Shown here: piece after piece, positions 1 to 10,218 of the stretch
Numbering within the stretch: position 1 is the stretch's first letter
How the letters are laid out: the number at the start of each line of letters is the position of its first letter
NCBI GenBank assembly: GCA_046292385.1
Contig: JBKBRF010000023.1
Location: forward strand, 1 to 64,000
Direction of reading: 5' to 3'
Length of the DNA: 64,000 nucleotides
DNA from: Armatimonadota bacterium
GTDB taxonomy: Bacteria > Armatimonadota > SYMT01
The notes under the pieces: model-generated
Database searches by the model: none
What the model saw: only the letters and a program-made list of their open reading frames with translations
What the model was told of the DNA's origin: nothing
Position numbers and translations under genes: made by a program

Positions 1-201
1 ATTCACCGCGTGGCGGGCCAAATCATGCCCCCGCTCCCTGCTTCTTCATCAAGGGAGTTTGTTGCGCACAGCGCAACAAGCGATACCGTAACTCCATCTG
101 CGAAATGTGAGCGTACGGGGGCTGTACCTGCGCGGGCTCAGACCTTCCGGTCTAAAAGGCTGGCGTTACTTATTCCTACTCCATGGACCGGCGCGGGGTC
201 T

Positions 202-1419
202 CTACTGCTTGGCCGGTTCACCGCTTCCGGTGGCGGCGCGAATGAGCGCGGCGCCCTCCTTCGCGAACGCCCGGATGCGCGCTTCGGGATCGGTCCACTC
301 AGGGTTGAGCGCCCCCTCCCCATCGACGAAGCCCGGCTTGCCGCGCGAGACGCGGTGCTGGTGGGCGGCGACCACGCAGGCGCCCTCCCAGAAGATCCGG
401 CGCAGCTCCTCCGGCACCGGCTTGCCGCCGAGGCAAGTGGGCTCCATCGGCAGGAGGTCCGGCGTGTTGTGCTCGGTGCCGGCGGTGACCGGCAGCCCGG
501 CTTCCCGGAAGGCCAGGACGTAGCGACGCAGCACGTCCGGCCGGTTCCGGATCGGGATCAACTCCGCGATCGAGATCCGCCGGCGAACGATGTCTTCGAT
601 CAGCGCCTCGACCGGCGTCTCGTACTCGCAGATCGGGTCGGTGCCGTCCGCGAGGGTCGCGTAGCAGGGAATACCCCCGAGAGCGAGCACCAGGCGGTGC
701 GCGTGCTCGAACGGGACGAACGTCTCCTCCACGTAGGCCTGCTTCCCCGCCTTCATCAGGTGGGAGCGGATCTCCGCCTGCACCTGGAGCGAGTCCTCCG
801 GCCGGCGGGAAGGCGACTCGAAGAGGCGGGCCAGCACCTCGGCCCGGTCTACCTCCGGCACGCGCGCGAAGAGCGCTTCCTGGAACGCCTGCGCCACGTG
901 GCGCTCCTGGAGGTAGACGGTGTCCCGGTCGCAGCCGTGGCGGCGGACCACCCCCGCCTTCACCGCCGCCTCGTCCAGCCCCAGCTCGAGTCCCGCGGCG
1001 GCGAATACCTCCGCCAGCCGGTCCGTCATGCGCGCCATCCTCGCGGAGTCGTTCCGGCGAATCGTCTCCAGGAGCGCGACCGCCTCCGCCGGCATCGGAT
1101 CGATCCGTCCCAGGCCCTTGCCGCAGACGTAGTACTTGCCCGGGTTGCCCGGGTCGTTCACCCGGATCCCCGCGCGGCGCAGCCCCTCGTCGAGGGAGAT
1201 GATCTCGATCCCGAAGAGCGGGTAGATCCCCGCGCCGCGGGCACGGTCTGCGAGCTCGCGGTAGACCCGGTAGTCGTAGTAGTTGCTGGCGCCCAGCACC
1301 GAGAGCCCCTGCTCCGCGGCGAGCCGGACCGCCTGCTCCACCGTGTCGAACGCGGAGAAGTTCGGCGGCAGATGGACGTGGGAGTTGGTACGGGGAACGG
1401 TGACTTCAGCAGTGGACAC
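202..1419 (-). CDS. PHP-domain protein (polymerase/histidinol phosphatase-like metallohydrolase)
   Basis: N-terminal NSHVHLPPN (HxH), GIEI and C-terminal GTEHN motifs; GTG start at 1419 chosen inside ORF 202..1551. Confidence 0.7.
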   Translation of the reverse strand: MSTAEVTVPRTNSHVHLPPNFSAFDTVEQAVRLAAEQGLSVLGASNYYDYRVYRELADRARGAGIYPLFGIEIISLDEGLRRAGIRVNDPGNPGKYYVCGKGLGRIDPMPAEAVALLETIRRNDSARMARMTDRLAEVFAAAGLELGLDEAAVKAGVVRRHGCDRDTVYLQERHVAQAFQEALFARVPEVDRAEVLARLFESPSRRPEDSLQVQAEIRSHLMKAGKQAYVEETFVPFEHAHRLVLALGGIPCYATLADGTDPICEYETPVEALIEDIVRRRISIAELIPIRNRPDVLRRYVLAFREAGLPVTAGTEHNTPDLLPMEPTCLGGKPVPEELRRIFWEGACVVAAHQHRVSRGKPGFVDGEGALNPEWTDPEARIRAFAKEGAALIRAATGSGEPAKQ

Positions 1420-1613
1420 GAGGGCGACTCCGGGCCGGCAGAAGGGGCGGTACTGGCGAGCCGAGGACGGACACCCGACTTCTCCCGTGACATTTAGCAT
1501 ATTAGGGCTACGACCGGCCGTACGGGCTGCCGGAGGAGATATGGCAACCACGAAAGATTAGGGCAGAGGTTTCTGGAATGTTGGTAATCGTCTGGACCAG
1601 GTAAGGAGTACAG

Positions 1614-2192
1614 TTGGACGCGGGAAGGACTCGAAACGCTTTGGACCAGCACCTGCTAATCCTGGACCTGGACGAAACCCTGATCTACGGAACGGAAGCG
1701 CCGCTGGAGCGTCCGCACGACTTCCGCATCGGGCCCTACTTCGTCTATCGGCGTCCCTATCTCACGGACTTCCTGTCCACAGTTGACGACTGGTTCGAGC
1801 TCGCCGTCTGGTCCTCTGCCAGCCCCGGCTACGTGGCGGGGGTGGTCGGAGGAGTCTTTCCGGACCCGGGCCGGCTCCGGTTCATCTGGGCGAGCGACCG
1901 CTGTACGCAGCGCTTCGACGCCGACCGGCGCGGCTACTATTGGCTCAAAAACCTGAACAAGGCGAAGCGCGCCGGCTATCCGCTGGAGCGGATCCTGGTC
2001 GTCGACGACTCCGCGGAGAAGCTGGAGCTGCATTACGGCAACCTGCTGCGCGTGCGCCCCTTCACGGGACAGGCGGACGACACGGAGTTGCGGGACCTGC
2101 TGCCCTTCCTTGATCGGCTGCGGAGCGTCGAGAACGTCCGCAGGGTGGAGAAGCGCTTCTGGCGGGAGTTCGGTAGAACCGGTTACGAATAA
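1614..2192 (+). CDS. HAD-family NIF/FCP1-like phosphatase
   Basis: LILDLDETL (DxDxT), RRPYL, WSSA, KNL and VVDDS motifs; AGGAG RBS before TTG. Confidence 0.85.
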   Translation: MDAGRTRNALDQHLLILDLDETLIYGTEAPLERPHDFRIGPYFVYRRPYLTDFLSTVDDWFELAVWSSASPGYVAGVVGGVFPDPGRLRFIWASDRCTQRFDADRRGYYWLKNLNKAKRAGYPLERILVVDDSAEKLELHYGNLLRVRPFTGQADDTELRDLLPFLDRLRSVENVRRVEKRFWREFGRTGYE

Positions 2193-2401
2193 TCGCTGCC
2201 GTAGCGGGAACTTTCCAACTTCTCCGCTATCTGGAGGAGCCGGTCGAACTCGACCTTACAGCCCTCAATCCGGGAGCTTCGGAGCGCCTGTCGCGCGATG
2301 ATCTCCGGTGATTTCCCCCGGCGGGCGAAGACCTCCGGATCGGCATCCCTTGCCTCGCTAATCCGTTCATACAGCCTTCGGCGGCGATCTCTGGCGTTCA
2401 T
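2183..2401 (-). CDS. Small hypothetical protein, possible VbhA-like Fic antitoxin
   Basis: 72 aa, likely helical, contains ARQALRSSRIEG matching (S/T)xxxE(G/N). Confidence 0.4.
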   Translation of the reverse strand: MNARDRRRRLYERISEARDADPEVFARRGKSPEIIARQALRSSRIEGCKVEFDRLLQIAEKLESSRYGSDYS

Positions 2402-2486
2402 CTCACGGTCCTCACCCGGACGGTACTGCGGCGCTCTCACCCTGCCAAGGAGCCTTCCGCTCGGGTCGAACTTGTAATTCGGCCTC

Positions 2487-3377
2487 TCACCTCAGGTGCT
2501 TCTTCAGGAACGCCGCCATCAGGTCGCAGCGCTCTGCGTCGGTGAACACCTCCCCACCGTGGCCGGCGCCGTGGAGCACCACCAGGCGGCACGGGCGCTT
2601 CACCGCCTCGTAGCGGCCCTGCAGCTCGTGGGCCTGGTTGATCGGCGCCTGCGGGTCCTGGTCGCCGTGGAGCTGGAGGAGCGGCGGGTCGGCGGCGTCG
2701 ACGTGGAACACCGGGCTGGCGAGGCGCGCGAGCTCCGGCTGCTCTTCCGGTCCGCCGCCGAGGAGAAGCTGGAGTGCGGGGATGCGGACGTTCAGGCCGT
2801 GCGGGGTCGACTGCGCCAGGATCGTGGTGAGGTTCGACATCCCGTAGAGGCTCACGATCGCCTGCACGTCGGACGACTGCCCCCGGTGCTCGCCGACCTC
2901 CCCCTCCAGCTCCCGGTGACCGCTGGTGACGCCTACCAGCGCCGCCAGGTGCCCGCCGGCGGAGTTTCCGGCGATGGCGATCCGGGACGCGTCGATCCCC
3001 AGCTCGCCCTGCCTGGCGCGCAGGTACCGGATCGCCGCCTTGAGGTCGTGGACCTGCGCCGGAAAGCGCGCCACCGGCGAGAGGCGGTAGTCGACACTCG
3101 CCACCGCATAACCCCGCTCGACGAGCCCGCCCAACGGCATCTGCTTCCGGCTCCCGCTGCGCCAGGCGCCGCCGTGAACCCACACGATCAGCGGCGGACG
3201 TGCGGCTCCTTTCGGGAGGTGGAGGTCCAGCGCGAGGGCGTGGTCGCCAACCCGGGCGTACTCCAGATCCGAGACGGCCCGCGCCTCCGAGCCGGTCTGC
3301 ACGGGTCCCGCCCGGCTGCCCGTCAGCAGCAGCACGCACCCGATCAAGGCCGTCGCCAGACCCAACACCAGCCTCAT
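2487..3377 (-). CDS. Secreted alpha/beta hydrolase (HSL-type esterase/lipase)
   Basis: Signal peptide, HGGAW, GNSAGG nucleophile motif, HGDQD, GAGHG. Confidence 0.9.
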   Translation of the reverse strand: MRLVLGLATALIGCVLLLTGSRAGPVQTGSEARAVSDLEYARVGDHALALDLHLPKGAARPPLIVWVHGGAWRSGSRKQMPLGGLVERGYAVASVDYRLSPVARFPAQVHDLKAAIRYLRARQGELGIDASRIAIAGNSAGGHLAALVGVTSGHRELEGEVGEHRGQSSDVQAIVSLYGMSNLTTILAQSTPHGLNVRIPALQLLLGGGPEEQPELARLASPVFHVDAADPPLLQLHGDQDPQAPINQAHELQGRYEAVKRPCRLVVLHGAGHGGEVFTDAERCDLMAAFLKKHLR

Positions 3378-3557
3378 CTTTTCGTTTCCTATTCAGTTCG
3401 GCGATGGCGTTCGTCGCGGTAACCGGAGTTGACGGCCGGTTGCGGTTAGCAGTGTGCCCCGCTGGCGCGGGGCGCGAAAGCAAGCATTCGCACTCCACAG
3501 GCTAGCCCGGAAGAGATTCCCTCTCGTCGAAAGGGAGACTGCCTCGGGGCAGTCTGT

Positions 3558-3582
3558 GGAGTGCGGTGGCTTGCCACCGCTT
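3558..3582. repeat. REP-like palindrome GGAGTGCGGTGGCTTGCCACCGCTT
   Basis: GCGGTGGC/GCCACCGC hairpin with GGAGT foot in an intergenic region. Confidence 0.5.
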
Positions 3583-3712
3583 CCCCGCCAGGGGAATCTC
3601 GCCGAAGGGGTCGGCCACGAAGATCCTCCTCCCCCGCTGATTTCGCCAGCAGTATCTGGCGCGGGGTGGACCCTCGGCGAGATCCCGGCGCCGCTAAGAA
3701 TGAATCTCACCC

Positions 3713-5875
3713 CTACTCCAACAGCCACTTCGCAGCCGCAGCCTCCTTCCGAGAAGCATCCCCGCTGAACGTCGTGAGCAGCTTGCCCTGTCCCGCAGCA
3801 CGGTAGACGCCCGAGACCAACTCTACCTGTTCCCCCTCTCCCGCCAGCCAGAGCGGCTGCGGCGCCGCGGCGGTCAGGAAGCCGGGGAGGTCGAGATACT
3901 TCGCGCCGCCCGGCAGGAACTGCGGATGGCGGAAGTCGAGCAGCTTGCCGAACCGGAAGCCGCCGGTATCCAGGGCGGCGCGGTCGATCCCCTCCCCCGC
4001 CACGGCGCGGGCGGCGGCAGCGATCGGACCGGCCTCGCCGAACGCAGCCACGGAGACGGAGCTCGGCTTGAGGCCGAGGCCTTCGTCGCGCAGGTGCTTC
4101 ACCAGGGTGAGCACGTCGTGAGCGCGCTGCGCGAAGAGCGCGTGGTTGTAGCCGAAGGTGTAGCCGGCGAACTCGCGCGGGTTGGCGACCTTCCGCGTCT
4201 GGCCGACCGGCGCGCCCCCGTTGAAATCGCCCTGGAAGAGGAGGTCGGCCCCTATCACGGTGGCGCCGCCTTTCAGGAGCTGCTCGACCGCCGGGCGGAG
4301 CGCCCCGTTCGGCTGGAAGAGCGCCGACTTGCCGGCAGTATCCAGCCACAGCACCACGCGTCCCCCGGTCTGCTTCGGCTGCAGCACCGTCACCGGCAGC
4401 TCTTCGCCGTGGGTCCGGTTGCGGACCACCCCACTCCGCTGCAGGTAGGTGCCGCGGTCAAGCTGCTCCCTTTGCTGCCACTCGGTCTCACCCGCGGTGG
4501 CGAGCGTTCGGCCGATCACCACCTCCAGCGCCTTGCCCAGCACCTCGCGGCGGCTCTCCGGTGAGGCGGCCGCAGCGCGCAGCTGCTTCTCGGCGTCGTC
4601 CGCGAGCCACTTCAGCACGCGCCGCTCCAGGTCGGGGTCGTCCGCTTTCGGCTTCGGGTGCTCCGCGTCCCACACCGTGAGCTGCGCCGGGGAGAGCGTC
4701 TCGTAGTCTTTCTCGATCACCGGCTCGGGGAAACCGAGCTTGAAGTGGCGGTTGAGCCAGGTGTAGAAGGCGGAGCGGGAGACGGCGTTGTAGTTGTGCG
4801 GGAAGTGCTCCCCGCGGTGGAGCATCACGTGGTCGGGCGCTCCCAGCAGCGCGTAGAGCTGCTTCAACTGCGGGAAGCCCTTCGTCGCCATCTCCTTCGT
4901 CCAGTCGTCCGCGGTCGTCATCCCCTGCGGCTTCGGGGCGAAGAGGCCGGCGAACTCGACGTTGCCGGTGCCGACCCGCAGCAGCGAGGCGTTCTCGCAG
5001 GTGCAGCCGCCCTGCATCGCGGTGCTCACCATCACCGCCGGGAACGAGAGCTTCACGCGCGGATCGATCGCCGCCAGGAGCATCGTCTGCGTGCCGCCGC
5101 CGCTGGCGCCGGTGATGGCGGTGCGCTCCGGGTCGACCTCCGGCAGGCTCAGCAGGAAGTCGAGCGAGCGGACCGCGTTCCAGGTCTGCAGCCCCATCAC
5201 GCTCTGCAGGTGCGCCTCCGCCTGCGGGCTGTAGAGGCCCCAGTTCTCGGTGGTGTTCATCTCGGGCCGCTGCTTGGCGAAGCGATGGACCACCGTCTTG
5301 GAGAGCTGGACCGCGTCCGAGTCGCTCAGCATGTCCCACTGCCACACCACGCAGCCCATCCGCGCGAGCTGGACGCACATCGACTGGAACCGGCTCTTGC
5401 CGCCCTGCTCGAACCGCTCCTGGCCGGTGGCAATCTCCTGACGCAGGTTCTGATCGGTCTCCAGGGAGAGCCGCGCGTCCTGCCAGTGGCCGTGGGCGAA
5501 GAGCACGCCGGGCACCTTGCCGGTCACCTTCTTCGGCCGGTAGAGATTGCCGGTCACGAAGAGCCCGGGCACGCTTTCGAAGTAGACCTTCTCGACCGTG
5601 TAGTCCGGCCGCTCGATCTTGCCGTGGATCACCGCGTTGAGCGGCGTCCTGGTCGGCAGCGGCCAGAGCCCCTGGGAGACGAGGACCTGTCGCCGCACGT
5701 ACTCCGCGCGCTGATCCCACTCCGCCTTCGTCTTCGGCGGGGTGAACGGGAAGTAGCCGTCCAGGTCCTTGAGCGGCTGGAGCCGCACGTCGTTCGGCGG
5801 TGCGGCCGCATGCACGGCGACGGAGAGCGGCAGAAACAGCGCGGCAAGCGCGAGAAGGGGAATACGCAGCTGCAT
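3713..5875 (-). CDS. Secreted acetylxylan-esterase-like alpha/beta hydrolase
   Basis: Signal peptide MQLRIPLLALAA, HGH, TGASGGGTQT, GGCTCEN, HNY motifs. Confidence 0.8.
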   Translation of the reverse strand: MQLRIPLLALAALFLPLSVAVHAAAPPNDVRLQPLKDLDGYFPFTPPKTKAEWDQRAEYVRRQVLVSQGLWPLPTRTPLNAVIHGKIERPDYTVEKVYFESVPGLFVTGNLYRPKKVTGKVPGVLFAHGHWQDARLSLETDQNLRQEIATGQERFEQGGKSRFQSMCVQLARMGCVVWQWDMLSDSDAVQLSKTVVHRFAKQRPEMNTTENWGLYSPQAEAHLQSVMGLQTWNAVRSLDFLLSLPEVDPERTAITGASGGGTQTMLLAAIDPRVKLSFPAVMVSTAMQGGCTCENASLLRVGTGNVEFAGLFAPKPQGMTTADDWTKEMATKGFPQLKQLYALLGAPDHVMLHRGEHFPHNYNAVSRSAFYTWLNRHFKLGFPEPVIEKDYETLSPAQLTVWDAEHPKPKADDPDLERRVLKWLADDAEKQLRAAAASPESRREVLGKALEVVIGRTLATAGETEWQQREQLDRGTYLQRSGVVRNRTHGEELPVTVLQPKQTGGRVVLWLDTAGKSALFQPNGALRPAVEQLLKGGATVIGADLLFQGDFNGGAPVGQTRKVANPREFAGYTFGYNHALFAQRAHDVLTLVKHLRDEGLGLKPSSVSVAAFGEAGPIAAAARAVAGEGIDRAALDTGGFRFGKLLDFRHPQFLPGGAKYLDLPGFLTAAAPQPLWLAGEGEQVELVSGVYRAAGQGKLLTTFSGDASRKEAAAAKWLLE

Positions 5876-6062
5876 CGGTTGGGTGCTCGCGGTAGGAGTG
5901 GACTTGAAGATGGGATGAAGTGCGGTGGGTGCCGGATGTAATTGCGCCGTCCGCTTACAGATCATCCTGCCGGCAAGAGAAGTTAAGCTGCGTTCCGGCC
6001 AGGACGACGCGCGGGTTCATGTAAACCATCGGAGGTGCCGCATGGATCAACGGCACCGGGAG

Positions 6063-6869
6063 TCATTCACCGTAACTGAACCTGGCGATGCGGTAACCGT
6101 CTTCGTGCTCGGTGATCCACAGGTTGCCGGGGCTGCCCGTCCCGCCGGCTTCGTTTCGGATCCAGAACCCGTACACCATCGCCCGGCGGCAGTCTTTAGG
6201 CACGTAGCGCGGCCAGATGATCCGGCCCACTTCGGCATTGTTCCGGGCCTCCTGATCGGGAAAGATCCAGTTGAACCCGTAGAATTGAAAGCGGACCGCG
6301 GCCCCGCCGAATTGCTCCGCGGCGCGCTCTTGCTCGTGGATGAAGTGGGAGAGCGTCATCCACTCCTTGAGCTCCGGCGACGCCAGCGCGTAGGCCGCCC
6401 CCCAGTCTTTCGAGAGAATCGCGTCGCGATATCGCTTCACCACGTCTACCGCACGCTCGAAGATGAGGGGCAGGTTCTCGGGGCTCCCGAGATAGCGGAT
6501 GCTGTGCTCTTCGATCTCTTCGCTGCCGGGCCACCCTTCGGCGGAGGTGTAGTGGTCGATGAAGCGGGGCGGATAGATCACGTCGTTCAGGCTTCGAAAG
6601 GCCTCGTTGAACTCCTCGGCAAGCTCCTCCTGGCCGGGCCACGGTTCCCGGAGCCCGTCGGAGAAAACCCGACTGCGAAGGGCCAGGTAGGCGCGGTCGG
6701 ACGCGTTCTTCACGGCACTCTGCAGGAGTTTCAGGGTCGGCTTTTCCGTGTGGAAGCGCTCCCGAAAGGCTGCGAGCGGCTGAACCTCCGGCGCCATCCC
6801 GAGGCGATGACCCACCCCGATCACCCTCTCCAGCGCGGCCACTACCACTTGCGGATCTGGTCTCGGCAT
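6063..6869 (-). CDS. Hypothetical protein
   Basis: 268 aa protein-like ORF with AGGAG RBS. Confidence 0.65.
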   Translation of the reverse strand: MPRPDPQVVVAALERVIGVGHRLGMAPEVQPLAAFRERFHTEKPTLKLLQSAVKNASDRAYLALRSRVFSDGLREPWPGQEELAEEFNEAFRSLNDVIYPPRFIDHYTSAEGWPGSEEIEEHSIRYLGSPENLPLIFERAVDVVKRYRDAILSKDWGAAYALASPELKEWMTLSHFIHEQERAAEQFGGAAVRFQFYGFNWIFPDQEARNNAEVGRIIWPRYVPKDCRRAMVYGFWIRNEAGGTGSPGNLWITEHEDGYRIARFSYGE

Positions 6870-6928
6870 CGATTCTCCTGGTGCGTGGCTTCAGGGAGTC
6901 CCGAGCGCTCGCCGAACCCTACCCGTTG

Positions 6929-8329
6929 TCAGGCGAACAGCTCGTCCACCGGGCGGAAGCCGACGTACTTCGTCCCGGAGGCCGGCTCCACGTAGTGGAA
7001 GGCGCGGCCTGAGGGGGTGTTCTGGATCGTCTTGCTCCAGTCGATGCCGAGCGCGGAATAGAGCGTGCAGGCGATGTCTTCCATGTAGACCGGGCGGCTG
7101 CCGGACCAGCCCGGGTCGACGATCTTTCCGCCCAGCTCGTCGGTCTTGCCGATCACGCCACCGCGCCGGATGCCGCCTCCCGCGAGCAGGCCGGAATGGC
7201 AGTGGATGTAGTGCTCCCGGCCCTGGCGGGTGGCGCTGATCGTCCCGGGCGTGCGGCCGAACTCGCTCATCGCTACGATCAGGGTCTCGTCGAGCAGCGA
7301 CTTGCCGGGGGTGTGGCGGGAAGGAGTGCTCTCCAGGTCGCGGATCAGGCTGGAGAGCGCCGCGTCGAGCTCGCGGATCAGCACGGGATGGCTGCGGGTC
7401 TGGTCTTTGTAAATGTCGCCGTGGTGGTCCCAGCCGCCGTGGCTCGCCAGCACGAAGCGGGTGCCGGCGTCGGCACGAAACAGATTCCGCGCCAGCACCA
7501 GGGAGTTGCCGATCGAGGTGGCACCGTAGCGCCGGCGGTCTTCGTCGGACACGGAGAAGATCTCGGCGACCCGCGGATCGTTCATGATCGCCCACGCGCT
7601 CCGGTAGTACTCGTGGTAATCCGCAAAGCTGCGGTCCAGCTCCGGGCTGCCGCCGCGCAGCACGCCGTCGAGCTGCTGCAGCCGCTCCCACCGGCGCCGC
7701 ATCGCCGCCGCCTCTCCCTGCTCGGGCGCCAGCTTCGGCGGTCCGCCCCCGCCCACGTCGAGGCTCAGCGGCCCGAACTCCGCGGAGAGAAAGCCGTTGT
7801 TGATCAACCCGGCCTGGTTGCCGGCCATGTTCATCGCGATGTAGGCCGGAAGGGAGTCGGACGGCTTGCGGCTCTTTGCCAGCTCGTGGCAGACCACCGC
7901 GCCGATGGCGGGCACCTCCCGCGCCAGCGCCAGGTTGAGCGGGTGGCCGGTCTGGATGTAGTACTGCGCGCGGCCGTGGACCGCGTCCCACGCCGCCATG
8001 GAGCGGACCACCGTCACGCGGTCCATGAGCCCCGCCAGGTTCGGCATCAGGCCGTACGGCAGCTTCAGCTCGTTCCCACAGGGGCGGATGTCGAAGTAGT
8101 CGGGCGTCCACGGGCCTTCCTTCGCGTCGAGGGTGTCGACCTGGCTCATGCCGCCGTCGATGTTCAGGAAGAGCACCTGGCGCGCCGTGCCCCTCGGCTC
8201 CGCCTTTTCCGCGGCGCGCACCTGCCGCGGCTGGAACGCGCCGAGGAAGCCGCCGACCACGTTCACGCCGGCCACCTGAAGCAGGCGGCGCCGGGTCATG
8301 CAGAGCAGGTTGCGGTCGGTAGGTGTCAT
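6929..8329 (-). CDS. DUF1501 family Tat-exported protein
   Basis: TRRRLL Tat motif, GGMSQVDTLD, GGWDHH, SEFGRTP motifs. Confidence 0.9.
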   Translation of the reverse strand: MTPTDRNLLCMTRRRLLQVAGVNVVGGFLGAFQPRQVRAAEKAEPRGTARQVLFLNIDGGMSQVDTLDAKEGPWTPDYFDIRPCGNELKLPYGLMPNLAGLMDRVTVVRSMAAWDAVHGRAQYYIQTGHPLNLALAREVPAIGAVVCHELAKSRKPSDSLPAYIAMNMAGNQAGLINNGFLSAEFGPLSLDVGGGGPPKLAPEQGEAAAMRRRWERLQQLDGVLRGGSPELDRSFADYHEYYRSAWAIMNDPRVAEIFSVSDEDRRRYGATSIGNSLVLARNLFRADAGTRFVLASHGGWDHHGDIYKDQTRSHPVLIRELDAALSSLIRDLESTPSRHTPGKSLLDETLIVAMSEFGRTPGTISATRQGREHYIHCHSGLLAGGGIRRGGVIGKTDELGGKIVDPGWSGSRPVYMEDIACTLYSALGIDWSKTIQNTPSGRAFHYVEPASGTKYVGFRPVDELFA

Positions 8330-8340
8330 CGCTTCCGGTC

Positions 8341-10218
8341 TCAGTAGTTGAAGACGAAGTCGAGCTTGTTGAGCAGGGTCCACGCCAGGTCTTCCGCGCC
8401 CTCGCGGCGGTCGGTCTCCAACCAGGAAACGGCGACCTGCTTCTCCGCCGCCGTCGGCGGGCGGGAGAGGACCGCCAGGTAGAGCGCTTCGACAACTTCG
8501 GGGTTCGACATCTCGGAGCGGACCAGCCGCGCGACCCGGCTCTCCCCCTCCGCCTTGACGCGCCGGGTCACGAACGGGCTGTTCATCAGCGCCATCGCCT
8601 GCAGGATCGACCCCTCCGGCTGGCGGTCGCCCTGCTCCCGGTTCGACTGTCCGAAGGTGCGCAGGAACGCCCTCGCCTGGCCGTCGTTGATCTCCTCCGG
8701 AGTCGGCGCTTCGGTGCAGAACCGGAGCGGCGGCAGCTCCGTGCCGTAGACCATGTCTCGCCGCGGGTAGTTGCCGAAGACCCCCGTCGCCTGCGAGATC
8801 GCGTCGTGCGCCTGCTCCGCGGTGAGCCGCCGCACGTAGTGGCGCGCGAAGAACGGCGTGTAGCGGTCCTTCCACTCCCCCGGGAACCGGGAGGAGAGCT
8901 GGTACGCGCTGGACCGGCAGATCGTCCGCATCAGGTGCTTCAACCGGTAGCCGCTGACGGTGAAGTCCCGGGCCAGCGCGTTCAGCAGCGCGGGGTGGGT
9001 CGGCTGGACCGTCCACGGCGCGGAGGGCGGGCTCTTTGGGTCCTGCCGAGCCAGGTCGAACGAGTCGACCGGGTCGACGATCCCCAGGCCGAAGAACTGC
9101 TTCCAGACCAGGTTCACCGTCGCGCGGGCGAACTGCGGATGGCGCGTCAGCATCCGCGCGAGCTGCGGGCGCAGCGGCTTCTCCGGGTCCGCCTTCTCTC
9201 CGGTGAGGATAAAGGTCGGCTCCACCGGGTTGCCGCGGCGCTGCAGCCGGACCGAGCTGGCGGAATTGGTGTCGTAGCCGCTGCCGTCGTCCGTGATGGT
9301 GAAGCGGTCCTGAAACGGCACGATCCGCACGCGCGTCTTGCCGAAGAACGCCGCCATCGCCCAGAGGTCGGACCGCCGCTGCGGCACCAGCCCCAGGTTC
9401 ACCTTCTCCAGGAACCCGCGGCCGTCGTGGCAGGAGATGCACTGGTAGTTGAGTCCCAGGAAGAGGCGCCCGGATTGGACCACGATCTCGTCCGCCGTAT
9501 CCTCGTGGCGGTTGGAATACATCGTGTCGCCGGCGACGTGCCAACGCGCCAGGAAACCGCCCGGCGCCGCGTCCGGCATCCAGACGCTGTTCGGCGCGGA
9601 GGCGGTGAGCATCTCCGTCACCATCCGGTCGTACGGCCGGTCGGCCCGCAGGGAGGCGCGGATCCACTGGTCGAAGTGCTTGGTGGTGGGGTTGCCGATC
9701 CGGTTGGCGCAGTTCCGCACCAGGTCGCCGTACCAGTAGCTCCAGTGGTCCACCCAGGCGGGGCTGGCGAGCAGCTCGTCGATCAGGCGGTTCCGCTTGT
9801 CCGGTGCGCGCTCGTTCACGAAGGCGAGCAGCCGCTCCGGCGCCGGGATGCGGCCGGTCAGGTCGAGGTGCACCCGGCGGCAGAACTCGTAGTCGTCCGA
9901 GAGCGGCGCGTGCGGCACCCCCGCCTCCGCCATCGCGCCGAAGAGGTGCCGGTCGATCAGGTTGCGGTAGGCGAGCTCTCCGCTGCCCGCCGCACCCGGC
10001 GGGAGGCGGTCTGCCACCTCTCGCGTCAGGTCGCTCACCTGCTTGTCCGGACGCAGCGTCTTCAGCTTCTCCGGCGCGTGCTCCTCCGGAAACGGCTTCG
10101 CCGGCGCGGCGGTGCCGGAGGCGGCGGCGAGCCCGGCCACCGCGGCGAGCAGGAGCGCGCCGCCCAGCACGTGCCGGCGTCCCGTGAAAGCCAGGTTGGA
10201 GGACTGCCGTCCGCTCAT
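8341..10218 (-). CDS. DUF1549/DUF1553 domain protein
   Basis: RRVHLDLTGRIP, QCISCHD, FARATVNLVWKQFFGLGIVDPVD, QAMALMN, EDLAWTLLN motifs. Confidence 0.9.
   Translation of the reverse strand: MSGRQSSNLAFTGRRHVLGGALLLAAVAGLAAASGTAAPAKPFPEEHAPEKLKTLRPDKQVSDLTREVADRLPPGAAGSGELAYRNLIDRHLFGAMAEAGVPHAPLSDDYEFCRRVHLDLTGRIPAPERLLAFVNERAPDKRNRLIDELLASPAWVDHWSYWYGDLVRNCANRIGNPTTKHFDQWIRASLRADRPYDRMVTEMLTASAPNSVWMPDAAPGGFLARWHVAGDTMYSNRHEDTADEIVVQSGRLFLGLNYQCISCHDGRGFLEKVNLGLVPQRRSDLWAMAAFFGKTRVRIVPFQDRFTITDDGSGYDTNSASSVRLQRRGNPVEPTFILTGEKADPEKPLRPQLARMLTRHPQFARATVNLVWKQFFGLGIVDPVDSFDLARQDPKSPPSAPWTVQPTHPALLNALARDFTVSGYRLKHLMRTICRSSAYQLSSRFPGEWKDRYTPFFARHYVRRLTAEQAHDAISQATGVFGNYPRRDMVYGTELPPLRFCTEAPTPEEINDGQARAFLRTFGQSNREQGDRQPEGSILQAMALMNSPFVTRRVKAEGESRVARLVRSEMSNPEVVEALYLAVLSRPPTAAEKQVAVSWLETDRREGAEDLAWTLLNKLDFVFNY

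Noticed and set aside
3400..3450. Fluoride riboswitch-like start GGCGATGGCGTTCGTC...AACCG
   Set aside because: Lacks the 3' CTGATGAC.CC element and is on the opposite strand to the neighbouring genes
8330..9667. 912-aa ORF 6929..9667 as a single protein
   Set aside because: The upstream part is an off-frame overlap of the DUF1549/1553 gene; the real protein starts at the Tat signal (8329)
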